Shown here: positions 44,523 through 56,091 of the stretch, in pieces
How positions within the stretch are numbered: the stretch's first letter is position 1
How the letters are laid out: the number at the start of each line of letters is the position of its first letter
Assembly: GCA_036867785.1 (NCBI GenBank)
Contig: CP145423.1
Location: 372,001 to 436,000, forward strand
From: Plasmodiophora brassicae
Taxonomy: Eukaryota
Reading direction: 5' to 3'
DNA: 64,000 nucleotides
Program-made: the position numbers and the translations under genes
Notes under the pieces: model-generated
The model's database searches: none
What the model was told of the DNA's origin: nothing
What the model saw: only the letters and a program-made list of their open reading frames with translations

Positions 44523-47270
44523 ATGCGGTCGACTGGGGCCATTGCAGTTCGTTTTCGTCATTGTCGTCGGCGGTTGCTATCGGCGGCGGCGGCAGGTGAG
44601 GAGGCGGCGGTCGACAACGCGGCGCTGCTCGACAAGTTCCTGCTGGCGCCCGGCGTGCGAACCGCGATCCGGATCCTGAGGCAGGATAGCGATGCGGACC
44701 GGGGCTGGACCGTGTTCCAGTACGTGCTGGACCGGCTGCGACCGAGGATCCCGTTCTTCCAGGTGATGATGATGTTCTGCAGGCAGCACGCGCCGGCGAA
44801 AGCGCCTGATGTGATGCGCGCTGCGCTGACGCATTCGATCGTGCCGAACGATACCCTGTTCTGCACCATGATCGCTGCGTGCCAGACCGTGCAGCCGCCG
44901 TTGATGGACGAGGTCCGCGATCTCTATCACCGGTGTGGACCGCGTTCCATGAACGTCATATTCGCTGTTGCAAATCTGTGCCGACGGGCAAAGCACCCGG
45001 AGGCGGCGCTGTCTCTTGTATCGGACGCTGCCAAGGGCGGCGTTATCTTCGAAGAGAGGCTCGTAACCCTGCTCTCTGCGTGCTGTGCTGAGGCGAACTG
45101 CCCAGCGGCCGCCGATACGGCGGAACAACTTCTCGCCTTGATCGGATCCGGGCGTATTCGTGCGTATCCGCATCAACCTGCAAATTACGGCAATCTGGTC
45201 AAGGCGTTGATCAACGACGGCAGGATACAGAAAGCGGTGGACACCCTTGAACTGATGAAGAGCATTGGCGTCCAACCGTCGCACCGAATCTACACTCATG
45301 TGCTGTCGGCGTTGTCCAAGCCTGATACTATCCTGCAGGCCATGAGGATGTTCCACATCATGGTTGAAAGCGGTTTTCCTGCCGAGGGTCGCGTGCTGGC
45401 CACGCTTATCTCCGCCTGTGGTCGCGCGAAAGAGCGCCCAGCTTTGCACAGGCTGCATCGCTATGCTGGCGACCAGGACCTCCTGCTGAACGACTACGTC
45501 GTCAGTGGGCTCGTTTCAGCGTTCGCTCAGTGCAATGAGCTCAGCCGAGCAGAATCAATCTTCCAGCGACGCTGTGATGCTTCTACCCCGGACTCTGCCA
45601 TGTTCAACGCGATGATATCGGCATACGTCCATCATAACCAACTTGCCAATGCGATCACGGTTTTCGAAAAGTTACAAGGCGAGGGGCTGTCTGCACCGGC
45701 GACCACGTACACGACCATGATGTACGCGTACGTGAACGAGAATCGGACTTCGGGCGCGATGCAACTGTTTCGTTCGATGATCGACCAAGGCATTCCTGTC
45801 GATACGCCTGCTCTTCGATCACTGATCGCTGCCTGTGGGCGTTGCTCCGACCTCGATGCGGTGCGCGCTCTTCACGAATACGCGTCCAGTCGGACGTCCC
45901 TGGTGGCCGACGTTATCGTGAGTTCGCTTGTGTCAGCGTACGCCGGATGTGGCGAGCTCGGCGCCGCCGAGCGACTGTTTCGAGACAAATGCGAGTTCAA
46001 AGCCGTGTCCACGCTGACGTTCAACGCCATCATCGAGGCGTACGCGAAGAAAAATCGCCTTCGCGACGCGATGGACGTGGTCCAGGTTGCTGTGAAACGT
46101 AATGCTCGCTTATTGGGACATGCGTTCCTATCGTTGGTATCTGCGAGCGATCACTGCTGCGATTTTTCTGCATTGACGGCTCTGTACCAGCACGCACGCG
46201 TTCGTGATCGATCGTTGCTGGTTGATGATGCTGTCACCAGTGCGTTTATTTCCGCTTATGGTCGCGTATGCCACCTTGATGTCTGCGAAGATATTTTCCG
46301 CAGCGTTCAGGTCGCCGTTCCTTCTGGGACTCAACTCCCACAAACGCTCTCTGCGGTCATGCGAGTGTATTCCGACTATGCAATGCTGCCTGTCACTGTG
46401 AAAATCTTCGAGCAGTACAAGGCTGCTGGTCTGCGCCCAACCAAATCTATACTTCGATCTCTGCTGGCTGCCTGCTGTCGCGTTGGCGACATGGACCACG
46501 CGAATATGTTCGCCAAGGAGTTTGCAGACACTTGGCATGTGCCGCTTGATTCGACTCACCAGAAATTCTTGATCGATCTGCACGGACGGTCTGGCAATTT
46601 AGAGGCCGCCGTGTCGATCGCTGCTGACAGCAACGATATTGTCTGTTGGTTGGCTGTCCTGCGCGCCTGCCACAACTTCAAGGACGTCCCACGTGCTAAA
46701 GACGCGCTGGCGAGAATCCTATCACTGCCTTACGTCTCCTCGCACGACTTGACGAACGCGTACCTGTTAGTGTCTTACGTGCTGGCGGACACTGGCCTGT
46801 CTGCAGAGGCGGATGCCGTGGTTGACGAGATGAAGCGCAGAGGCTTGTCGGCGAAGCGTCCCAGTAGGACATCTGTCATCCTATCGGATCGCAGCGTGCA
46901 CTTTCAGTCGGATGACCAGCAATTCTACTCCGATGGGAAACTGATCGACCTGCATTGTGACCTCGTTCAGCGTCTCGAAAGGGCAGGCTACGAGCCAAGC
47001 ATGGCCGTAGTCAGGAATGCGGCGGCCGTCGGCGAGCGCTGTGCCAGACACAGTGTGCTGCTTCACAGCGAGAAGATTGCAATTGCATACGCGCTGAAAG
47101 ACACGGAGCTTCTTCCCGGTCCGATTCGGCTTGTCAAGAACGCGCCCATGTGTCCAGACTGTCATGACTTCGCGAAGCGGGTGTCGTACGTGCTCGAGAA
47201 GCCCGTTCTTGTCCGCGATAGCTTACGACAGCACGCCTTTCAAGGCGGTGCTTGCTCATGTGGCGCTTAA
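44523..47270 (+). CDS. PPR protein with C-terminal DYW-type cytidine-deaminase domain, probable mitochondrial presequence
   Basis: Intronless 915 aa; many PPR motifs (FNAMISAYVHHNQLANAITVFEKL); AGYEP, HSEKIAIAYAL, IRLVKN..CPDCHDFAK, VRD..HAFQGGACSC. Confidence 0.93.
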   Translation: MRSTGAIAVRFRHCRRRLLSAAAAGEEAAVDNAALLDKFLLAPGVRTAIRILRQDSDADRGWTVFQYVLDRLRPRIPFFQVMMMFCRQHAPAKAPDVMRAALTHSIVPNDTLFCTMIAACQTVQPPLMDEVRDLYHRCGPRSMNVIFAVANLCRRAKHPEAALSLVSDAAKGGVIFEERLVTLLSACCAEANCPAAADTAEQLLALIGSGRIRAYPHQPANYGNLVKALINDGRIQKAVDTLELMKSIGVQPSHRIYTHVLSALSKPDTILQAMRMFHIMVESGFPAEGRVLATLISACGRAKERPALHRLHRYAGDQDLLLNDYVVSGLVSAFAQCNELSRAESIFQRRCDASTPDSAMFNAMISAYVHHNQLANAITVFEKLQGEGLSAPATTYTTMMYAYVNENRTSGAMQLFRSMIDQGIPVDTPALRSLIAACGRCSDLDAVRALHEYASSRTSLVADVIVSSLVSAYAGCGELGAAERLFRDKCEFKAVSTLTFNAIIEAYAKKNRLRDAMDVVQVAVKRNARLLGHAFLSLVSASDHCCDFSALTALYQHARVRDRSLLVDDAVTSAFISAYGRVCHLDVCEDIFRSVQVAVPSGTQLPQTLSAVMRVYSDYAMLPVTVKIFEQYKAAGLRPTKSILRSLLAACCRVGDMDHANMFAKEFADTWHVPLDSTHQKFLIDLHGRSGNLEAAVSIAADSNDIVCWLAVLRACHNFKDVPRAKDALARILSLPYVSSHDLTNAYLLVSYVLADTGLSAEADAVVDEMKRRGLSAKRPSRTSVILSDRSVHFQSDDQQFYSDGKLIDLHCDLVQRLERAGYEPSMAVVRNAAAVGERCARHSVLLHSEKIAIAYALKDTELLPGPIRLVKNAPMCPDCHDFAKRVSYVLEKPVLVRDSLRQHAFQGGACSCGA

Positions 47271-47319
47271 TATTACATAGTGTGTTAATGATTCCGACGT
47301 CTTTATACGATTCATTGCT

Positions 47320-47997
47320 CTAGGGTGCAGGTTCAGTCTGTTGAGGATGCGGTTGGCAGTACAGCAGGCCCGACGTCGAATGGGCCAAGCGCTGCGAGAT
47401 AATGGCGCTGTTGTCATACGCCCAGAGCATGAACCTGGCTTGTTGCTCGGCTTTGACGAGCTGACGTACGTCTTCGATCGATGATCGCATACGCTCCCCA
47501 TGCAGATGAAACAGGTCTTTCGCCTCGAGTAAGGCCTGGCGTGCAGAGCGGATCTCCTCTAGGCACTCAGCGTTGTCCAGGACAGTACCGTTTAGTTGCA
47601 GGGTCGCCAGCAGACAGCCGATGTGATGATCTACTGCGTTCTGCACACCATGGCCGACGACTGATGACCCGGTTAGTAACTGGACAATGAGCTTGCGGAT
47701 GGATGACGTCTTGGATTTGCTGGGACGCTCCTGAAGCGCTTCAGTCAGCTCGTCGACGACGAGCTTATCCAACGACGGCGACTCGCGACCGTTATTCGGC
47801 CAACTCATCGCTCTCAGCAACCTATTCTCTAACCGCAACCGGCTGATCTTCAGCTCCATCCGATGCCGATCCACCTTGGCCCGCTTGCGCGCCAGGACCG
47901 AACTGCGCCGGTTCCGTTCCCGACGCGACAGCATTGACATCGACGACGCCGTCCCATCGGATCCCCAGTCAACTGCCGGGTCGTCTGGATGCGTCAT
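47320..47997 (-). CDS. bZIP transcription factor (may contain in-frame introns)
   Basis: Basic region RRERNRRSSVLARKRAK followed by the heptad MELKISRLRLENRLLR. Confidence 0.8.
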   Translation of the reverse strand: MTHPDDPAVDWGSDGTASSMSMLSRRERNRRSSVLARKRAKVDRHRMELKISRLRLENRLLRAMSWPNNGRESPSLDKLVVDELTEALQERPSKSKTSSIRKLIVQLLTGSSVVGHGVQNAVDHHIGCLLATLQLNGTVLDNAECLEEIRSARQALLEAKDLFHLHGERMRSSIEDVRQLVKAEQQARFMLWAYDNSAIISQRLAHSTSGLLYCQPHPQQTEPAP

Positions 47998-48046
47998 CTG
48001 GTGCTATACCATCCGGACACGACCCTCCTGGGTGATCGACACAGAC

Positions 48047-48086
48047 GACCCCCCGAGCACGTGATCGGTCACGTGCTCGGGGGGTC
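48047..48086. promoter_or_regulatory. Perfect 18-bp inverted repeat with two CACGTG boxes upstream of the bZIP gene
   Basis: gaccccccgagcacgtga-tcgg-tcacgtgctcggggggtc. The structure is certain; the regulatory role is inferred. Confidence 0.55.
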
Positions 48087-48490
48087 ATTACTGCACAGAC
48101 GTGTCCAGTAAGGCGAAAACCCTGTCTCACGGTCGTTGCTGAAGATCTCGACTCCCGCTGTACATCATGGGAGTTGGTTGACCCCAGGGTTTCAGTTCAC
48201 CTACAGCGGCCTCATCAGCGCGATATCGTTGCAGTCCAAATTTACGTCCTGCAAGCGGTCGTCAAGCGACGAACCCGTGCAGTCGTGCTGCCTGCGCATC
48301 GTCCAATTCATTTCCCTTGCGTGCCAGCGTGCGTGCTTCGTGGTTCTAAAAATGGCAACTGCGTAGCCTGGCCTGGGCAGATTATTTTTGAGGCGTGTCC
48401 ACTCGTCAGCTCAGCCACAAGTCAGATCGCGCAGCGTGGCGGTTGTGCTCGTAGGCGGGGCAGGGGCGGCGCCGACCACTGCGTGCGGCG

Positions 48491-51400
48491 ATGCGGTCGA
48501 CGCGATCGAGTCCATCGCGCCTGCTGCCGTCCGGGCATCTGCCGATCGGGGCTGAGGCGTTCGAGCTGGACGACCAGAGCAGTGGGTCGGATATCGGCGC
48601 GAACGTGCATCCGGATCGCGTGCCGCTTCTCCAGGGCACGATCGACAAGGTGCGTCTGCTACTGTCAAACGTCTGGCAGGTCAGCGGACCTGCTTTTCAT
48701 GTGCGAATTTGTTGAATCCGCTTATCGACCGCTGCTGCGTAGGCGTCGACGAACTGGTGGTGCTTCCGGAAAGATTCGCCCAGTGCACGATCGTTGATAT
48801 TCTGCGGGAACGGCTGCGCCTATACGCAGCCGGCACTATCGTTCCCACCCAATCGCGTTCGCAACCAGAAGTATTCCCTGATCTCGTTTCTGCCCCTGGT
48901 TCTGTACGACCAGTTCCGGTTCTTCTTCAACCTCTACTTCCTCATCGTCGCTATCAGCCAGTTCATCCCGGAACTGCAAGTTGGCGTTCTGTTCACCTAC
49001 GTTGCTCCCCTTGTGTTCGTCCTGACCGTTACCATATCGAAAGAGGTATCGTCACCGTTGGCTTGCGTCCATTAGGGGCTTCACCTGACGTGACATTCTC
49101 ACAGGCATATGATGACTTTCAACGATATCGCCGTGACAAAGAGGCAAACTCTGCGATGTACGAAGTTATTGAGAATGGGATTATCAAATCGGTTTGTGAT
49201 GCGCGCCTCGTACGTGTATCCACCGAATCTGATCGTCTTCGATAGGTCCCCTCATCCAGCTTGCGAGTAGGCGACCTTGTAATCGTGCACAAAGATGAGC
49301 GCGTTCCTGCCGATATGGTCTTGCTAAAGACCAGGGAGGAGAATGGCGAAATATTTATTCGGACGGACCAGCTTGATGGAGAAACCGATTGGAAGTTGCG
49401 CCATGCTGTCCATTCGACCCAGCAACAGTTTGCATGGGAGGACGTGTACAAATTGCAGGGACGAATGGAAGTTGAGGCTCCTCGTAAAGCAATCTACGAC
49501 TTCGTGGGAGCGTTCACTACAAACCGCGATTCACCGTCTGCATCGTCGCACGAACGCAATCCTGATGATGCGAACCCTGCTGTCGAGGGCCTTGACCTCG
49601 AACACACCGTATGGGCGAACACCGTTATAGCAACTGGGTCAGGTTAGTTGTTTGTCAACCAGCTTGCTAGCGTTTTGTCTAAGTGCTAATGTGCGAACGC
49701 GTTCATTGCAGTGGTTGGGTGTGTTATTTATACCGGAGACGAGACACGTTCGGTTATGAATGCGAACACTCCTGCGACAAAGATGGGCTTGGTCGACCTT
49801 GAACTGAACTCGATATCGAAGCTCTTGTTTGCCATGACTGTTCTTCTAGCGTTCGTAATGGTTGCAATGAAAGGTACGTGCCAAGCCAGTTGTTGTGATT
49901 GGTGTCCTGAGGTTGAGCTAGGACTGTATGGGCAATGGCCCCTCTTATTCTTCCGATTCCTGCTTCTTTTTTCGGCCATCATCCCGATATCACTGCGCGT
50001 CAACCTTGATATGGCGAAGACTTTATATTCATTCCAGATCATGAGGGGTAACGCGCTGTATATGAAAGAAAAGACGCCGCAGTCCAGACTTACCGTTTGA
50101 ACAGATCCAAAGATTGAAATGACCATCGTACGAACGTCGACAATTCCCGAGGAACTTGGACGGATATCTTATTTGTTCTCGGATAAGACGGGAACGTTGA
50201 CCCAGAACGGTGGCGTGCAGTTCGTGCATTTGCCCATTCGCACTCGCTCACTAACGTCCGGATGTAGTAATGATATTCAAAAAGCTTCAGTTACGCCCGC
50301 CTATGGCGCACCATCCGGAAACCCTTTCAGCAACACGAGAATCACTCAAGCGATCATTTGAAATGGACGATCTTGGGGCGATGTTAGATGAGGTGCGTTG
50401 CATTGCCTGAAAACACGCTAGCAATCTTATGTAGCGTTTTCCAGGTTTCCAGGTACGAAAGGCGTAAACGGGCCGATGCCGACTCTGCTCTCCAATCCTG
50501 CGTAATGGCGATTGCACTCTGCCACAACGTTACTCCAGTTGTCGATATGGACACCGGAAATCGCACACTTCAAGCGTCTTCACCAGACGAGGTCTGGATG
50601 TTGTTAGCGTAGGTGTCTATTGGTCGTTTACATCATCTGTCTCCTAGGTCGCGCTTGTCCGCTTTGTTGAGTCGGTCGATGTCATCCTGGAGTCCAGATC
50701 GCCTCGTCAGATAACATTGCGGCTTCCGAACGGCGATCTCAGCGAATACGAAGTCCTTAACATTTTCCCTTTCACTTCGGAAACGAAACGGATGGGAATC
50801 GTCGTCCGATGTTTGGTTTCTGGTGTCATTCGATTCTATCTGAAGGGCGCTGAGGTATGGCCTTGTATTCACTTCGTGTTTCGGACAGGGCTCATATTTG
50901 ATTGCCATCCAGTCCGTTATGAGAACGCGTGTCGAACAGACGGACTGGCTGGATGAAGAAGTCGAGCAGCTCGCACGTGAAGGATTGCGAACCCTTGTCT
51001 TCGGCGGCAAGGAACTCCCTGCTGCTGAATATGAATCGTGGTCGCAAAAGTACGCTGTTGCTCGCAGCCAGCTTCAAGGACGGGATGCTGCCGTGCGTGC
51101 CGTTGTAGAACTGCTTGAGGTCAACCTGTCACTTCTAGGCGTTACAGGAGTCGAGGATAAACTCCAACCAGGCAAGTTGACTAATGCACGCTTGTTGCGC
51201 GCGCCTAAACGTGTGCGGTGCAGGAGTTAAAACGGCGCTCGAGACGTTGCGGAACGCAGGCATTAGGGTTTGGATGCTGACTGGCGACAAGGCTGAGACC
51301 GCGGAATGTATCGGCAGGTCGGCTCGTCTCGTTGATAGGAACCAGCAGGTCCGTACCGAATGCAAGGTCCATTGTTGCCCATTGCCTCAGCCTGAACGTA

Positions 51401-52442
51401 GGTCTTCCACATTGTTGCGCATACGAAAAGGGAAGCGTGTCGGCGATTGGATCAGTTCGGTACACGTTCACAGTCCGCGGTTTTAATCGATGGGACTTCG
51501 CTCGCGTTGCTGCTCGAATGGGCACCGAAACAATTCATCGAGTTGGCGTGCCAAGCGCCAGCCGTCATCTGCTGTCGGTGTTCGCCGACGCAGAAGGCCC
51601 AGGTTGTACACCTGGTTGCCGAGCACACCAAGAAGCGTTGTGCGGCCATCGGCGACGGTGGCAATGATGTGTCGATGATCCAGGCCGCTCACGTCGGTAT
51701 CGGTATTGTCGGGCGTGAAGGGAAGCAGGCGTCTCTCGCTGCAGATTTCTCCGTTCAGCAATTCTCCCATACGCAAAGGCTCGTTCTGTGGCACGGCCGC
51801 AATTCCTATTATCGCACGGCGCGGATGAGCCAGTTCGTTATGCACCGAGGTATCATCATCTCGGTGATACAGGCCGTCTTCTCATCGCTCTTCTACTGGG
51901 TCACTATACCAATCTACACGGGCTGGCTCTATGTTGGGTATGCAACGGTGTTTACCCAGCTGCCTGTTTGTGCCCTAGTCCTTGACCAGGACGTGGACGA
52001 ATCGGTCGTCAATTTGTACCCGGAATTGTACCAAGAGCTCCAACGAAGCCGGCCCCTGTCGCATAAGACCTTTCTGATCTGGGTCTTGAAATCTGTCTAT
52101 CAGGGGTCCGTCATCATGATGCTGGGCATGCTTCTGTTCGAGTACAAGTTCATCAATGTCGTCGCCATCACATTCACGTCCCTGATTCTGGCCGAACTGC
52201 TCAACGTCGCCTTTGAGATTCACAAGTGGACCTGGACCATGGTCCTGTGCGAACTTGTATCGCTGTTGCTCTACCTCGTTTCCCTCACGATGCTGAAGGA
52301 TCAGATCGACATCGTATTCGTCATGAGCAGCGATTTTCTGTGGAAGGTCACGGTCATTACGTGCACAGCTACGTTGCCCGTCAGCATTGCGAAGTACCTT
52401 CAAAGCAAGATATCACCAACAACAGCATCGAAAGTTCATTGA
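48491..52442 (+). CDS. NEO1: P4-ATPase phospholipid flippase, NEO1/ATP9 class, multi-exon
   Basis: [88 protein letters not shown]. Confidence 0.95.
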
Positions 52443-52509
52443 TAATTTTATATACGATAACAACTCCAGGCCACGTATGACAGCTGTGTGCTTGAGCTAT
52501 GGATCTGTC

Positions 52510-53470
52510 CTACGACGTGCCTTGTTGATCGGGATCTTCGTCTTGGGGCGCCTGGCTCACGTCCGGCATGTCTGGCGATGGCGAGGCCGATGTGCCGGGC
52601 CCACGATGCGCACTGTCCATTGGGACAGCCTGCCCGAAACAATGATGGATGATTGTGAGAACGATGTTGAACAGCGCAACAGACTGGTGATTCGATGGGT
52701 CCTGCAACACAAGGATGTCAACGAGGTTTGTCGCAGAATACCATGGGCTGATCATACCGCGTTAGCACGCCTCGTTGCGATTGACCTGTACAACTCGCGA
52801 AGAGTCGCTGCCGTATCAGGGAGCAGCGGCTTATCCAACCGTAGGAGGGCGGACCAGATCCAGATCACAACGGGTTCCGGTACAGCAGCGCAGGTGGAGG
52901 ACGTGTCGCATCGCACAACGCCCGCCAGGTGTCGAAGAATGCTTCGCGTTCGCACCTACGGTACTGCACGGTCAGCAGACATAACCGAAGTGCACGTCTC
53001 TATCTGACCTGGTCCAGGGCGGCAATTTCCGAGAGCGATGGAAGCCTGGATTCGTCAACGAAACGGGCACGCCATGCACTGGCATTGTTGCTATGAGGCA
53101 ATCCCTCAGCGTGCTCTTCGATCCCGAATCGGGCAATGACACGCGCCAAGCTCTGACGCAGTTCAGCGAAACGGACCGCGAACCGTACCGCCCAGTCCGG
53201 GCGCGGCATCGACGCGCTGGGCGACATTGGCACACAACGGGGGACGACCCGCACCCCAGCCTTGACCTTCACGTCCGCCGGAACGGGCTTCGACACCACA
53301 AACGGGATCCGCCGCGCCTCCATGCGCACTCGCAACAGGTACTCGTCGGCAGAGGCCGGAGGCGCATCGCCCGTCGTCCGCACCACCTGCGTCTCGTCAA
53401 TGGGCAGCGCCGCCTTGCCAGGTCGCGTTTGCGTCGCCCTGGCGCGTTTCCTGCTGCCGCTGCTGGACAT
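52510..53470 (-). CDS. GEMIN2: Gemin2/SIP1 (SMN complex), multi-exon
   Basis: PPASADEYLLRVRMEARRIP; LRLDKPLLPDTAATLRELYR; NIVLTIIHHCFGQ. Confidence 0.85.
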
Positions 53471-53537
53471 CGGCAGTCTCCCAGCCACGCACTTCCCGAT
53501 ACCGCAGCTGTTCCCCGTCACGGGCGGCAACGGCATT

Positions 53538-53642
53538 CGCCGTTCCCAGTGATGAGCTGCAATTATGCAACCGGCCCGTTCCAGTGCTGAGCTGCAGTCA
53601 GGTAACAGGCCCGTTCCAGTGCTGAGCTGCAATTAGGGAACA
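53538..53642 (+). repeat. Three tandem 35-bp units
   Basis: Core ggcccgttccagtgctgagctgca plus a more variable 11 nt. Confidence 0.85.
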
Positions 53643-53692
53643 CGGGCGCCACGGCGACCATCCGTGTAACAGTCGACATGCGTGCGGTAGGT

Positions 53693-54888
53693 TTATTCCG
53701 ATTTCTTCTCGGCGGCGGCGACCTGGGCCATGCGCTTCGCCTGGTACTTGGTGTAGATGTTGAGGCCGAGGCCGGCGAAGACGAGGGCGACCCCGACCCA
53801 CTGCGGGGTATTGACGCGGTTGCCGAACCAGAGGACGGAAAACAGGATGGTGAAGAATTTCCGGGTCGTTGTAACCGTCTTGTGCAGTGGAGTCAGTAAC
53901 GTACAGTGGCAACCGATGCGGAGCGTCACGCATACGGTTAGAACGAGCGAATCGAATCGGAACATGGTGAGGAAGATGAAGTTCTGGCCGACAGCGCTGA
54001 AGATGCAGAATTCCAGGATGTCGCGAAGGATGTCCGGATGCCGCTGCGTGAACGATACGGCCTCCCAGAACGACCCTTGTGCGAACATGACGGCGAGACA
54101 GATCGGGATGGCGTACGCGTTCGTGCCGAACATCATCTCATGCATCGACGGGCGATGGCGTGCAATGATGCGTTCCTGGGGGGCAAACCGCGCTCCTCCG
54201 TTAGGAACGAATTCGAACACGAACACGGAGCGTTCGGCACCTGGAGAGGACCGGTGAACCCGTCCAGCGCCAGCGACAGCAGAAGCAGGGCGACGCCTTC
54301 CAGTCGCTGCACGCTTTCATGCTTTGACCCCGATGATTGCTGGAATCCCATGAACACTGAAATCCCAAACGTGATCAGCGCGACCTGCACGTATTCTTGC
54401 TTCTTGTACCGTTTGCCGTTGATACAAATGCCCTGGACAAGACGTGACCGCCCCCCGTCAAATCATGGTCGCACGCGTTCGCAGACCAAACGGAACACTA
54501 CCATCAACATGACCGGGATCATCTTGCACGATTTGCCGAGGACCTGGGTCGGGTAGTTGACATACCGCAGCGCCTGATTGCTGCACAGCATGGCCCCGAT
54601 GTAGGCGGCCGCCACCATGGCATACTGCTTGGCGGGAACACGCGACCTGCCTTCGACGGGCGATGCCCCTCCCAGGACGACCCTGCAGACGAGCGCCGTG
54701 ACCGTGTTGCAGACGCACTGGCAGAACACGAGGAAGACCGTGTACGTGAACAGGGCGCCGTCCGCCCCGTGCCTCGTCTTGTACAGCTTCTCCTGGACCC
54801 AGCCGAACGACAGGAAGCACAGGTAGATGCCGGCCGTGCACCCCGCCAGGTGCAGCACGTCCTGCGCATGGCTGTACGACCGACCCAT
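53693..54888 (-). CDS. SLC35B1: UAA-family nucleotide-sugar/ATP transporter (SLC35B1/HUT1-like), multi-exon
   Basis: ALRYVNYPTQVLGKSCKMIPVM; SLALDGFTGPLQ; SAVGQNFIF; TTTRKFFTILFSV; C-terminal KKSE ER-retrieval motif. Confidence 0.9.
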
Positions 54889-55100
54889 GTCTTCGTGCCC
54901 CGGCTGGCCACGTCAGCACGCGCCGCGATAGATTTAAACCCCGCCGCACCGCACCACCCCCGGCCGACCAACCCCAGACGCCGCACGCCGTCTCTCTAAA
55001 TATATCGCCGCTATCTGCAAACGCCGCGAAAACCCAATTCCTATTCTGTTTAAAAGCCCGCTGCTGTCCGCCGGTGTCGCTGATCCGGCAGACCCGAGAT

Positions 55101-55328
55101 TCACTTGGTACTGGGGGGCGCGTTGCTCTTGAAGGCCTTGTCGACTTTGCTCTTGACGGTGGCGAACCCCGAATGCGCACTGGACATCTTCTGTTTCATT
55201 TCCTTCTTCTTGCCGGCGAGCTTGGACGCCTCCTCCGGCAGCTGGCTGCCCGTGATTAGCGACTGCGACGTCGCCACGCTAACGAGGACGAACGCGAGGA
55301 TGAATAGAACGACGAGGACGACCTTCAT
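55101..55328 (-). CDS. Small secreted Lys-rich peptide (75 aa)
   Basis: Signal MKVVLVVLFILAFVLVSVATS followed by a basic mature region. Confidence 0.65.
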   Translation of the reverse strand: MKVVLVVLFILAFVLVSVATSQSLITGSQLPEEASKLAGKKKEMKQKMSSAHSGFATVKSKVDKAFKSNAPPSTK

Positions 55329-55472
55329 TGCTGATCGGAAACGTAATTTGTTCAATGGGATTGCGGCGTCGTGACGCCATCCCCAGAATCTCCACGCCGT
55401 GAATCACGCTTGCCTGGACAGTGGGCGGCGCGTGAGCTCAATACACCTCGTGCTTCCGGTTCCCGCGGCATC

Positions 55473-56091
55473 AATGCCTTTCCGCGTCGATGGACGACGC
55501 CGATGTTCGTTGCCCCGCTGCCGGCGAAGCATCATCGTTGTCGTGATCCTATATTTAGTCACCGCCTTCTCGTGGTTGGTCGAGGGTGGTTCGCTGCTCA
55601 CCACTGCCACTTCCGGTGTGCGACTCCCCATGCCGCCATGGGCATTCGTCTTCGCTGCTGTTAGCCGTATTCTGGCGGCCCCAGAGCATCCCGTAATCGT
55701 CATCGGTATCGGGGCTTGCGCGTTTGCAAGGTTGCCCTTGTCGGCTGCGGAGAACGATGCCGACGCTAAGCTGGACAGCGTTGGGAACGATGTCGACCAG
55801 AACTATGCCTCTGCAGTCATCCAGTACGTCCTGTTTGGCGCCCTCTGTATGTTATCGGCCTACCAGACGGCCTACCTACTTGTGGAGATCTGCATGAACC
55901 CGAGACGGGATGTCGTCTACCGTCCCAGACCTGAGTGGGTCTGGGGGAACCATGCCGGTCTCACCGACGAGGACTTCACTCCTCGGGACGGATGGCCTCG
56001 TCCAGACCAGCCTGTCTCGACATCCGGAAGAATCCAAGCCCTGAACCATGTAGTACCTAATAGGAGCGGACGGTCACTTCATGCCCAATGA
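55473..56091 (+). CDS. Hypothetical membrane protein
   Basis: ORF with several hydrophobic stretches; no recognised motif. Confidence 0.35.

Noticed and set aside
53538-53642. CRISPR-like repeat-spacer pattern
   Set aside because: Only three units, 11-nt linkers similar to each other, eukaryotic context, no cas genes.
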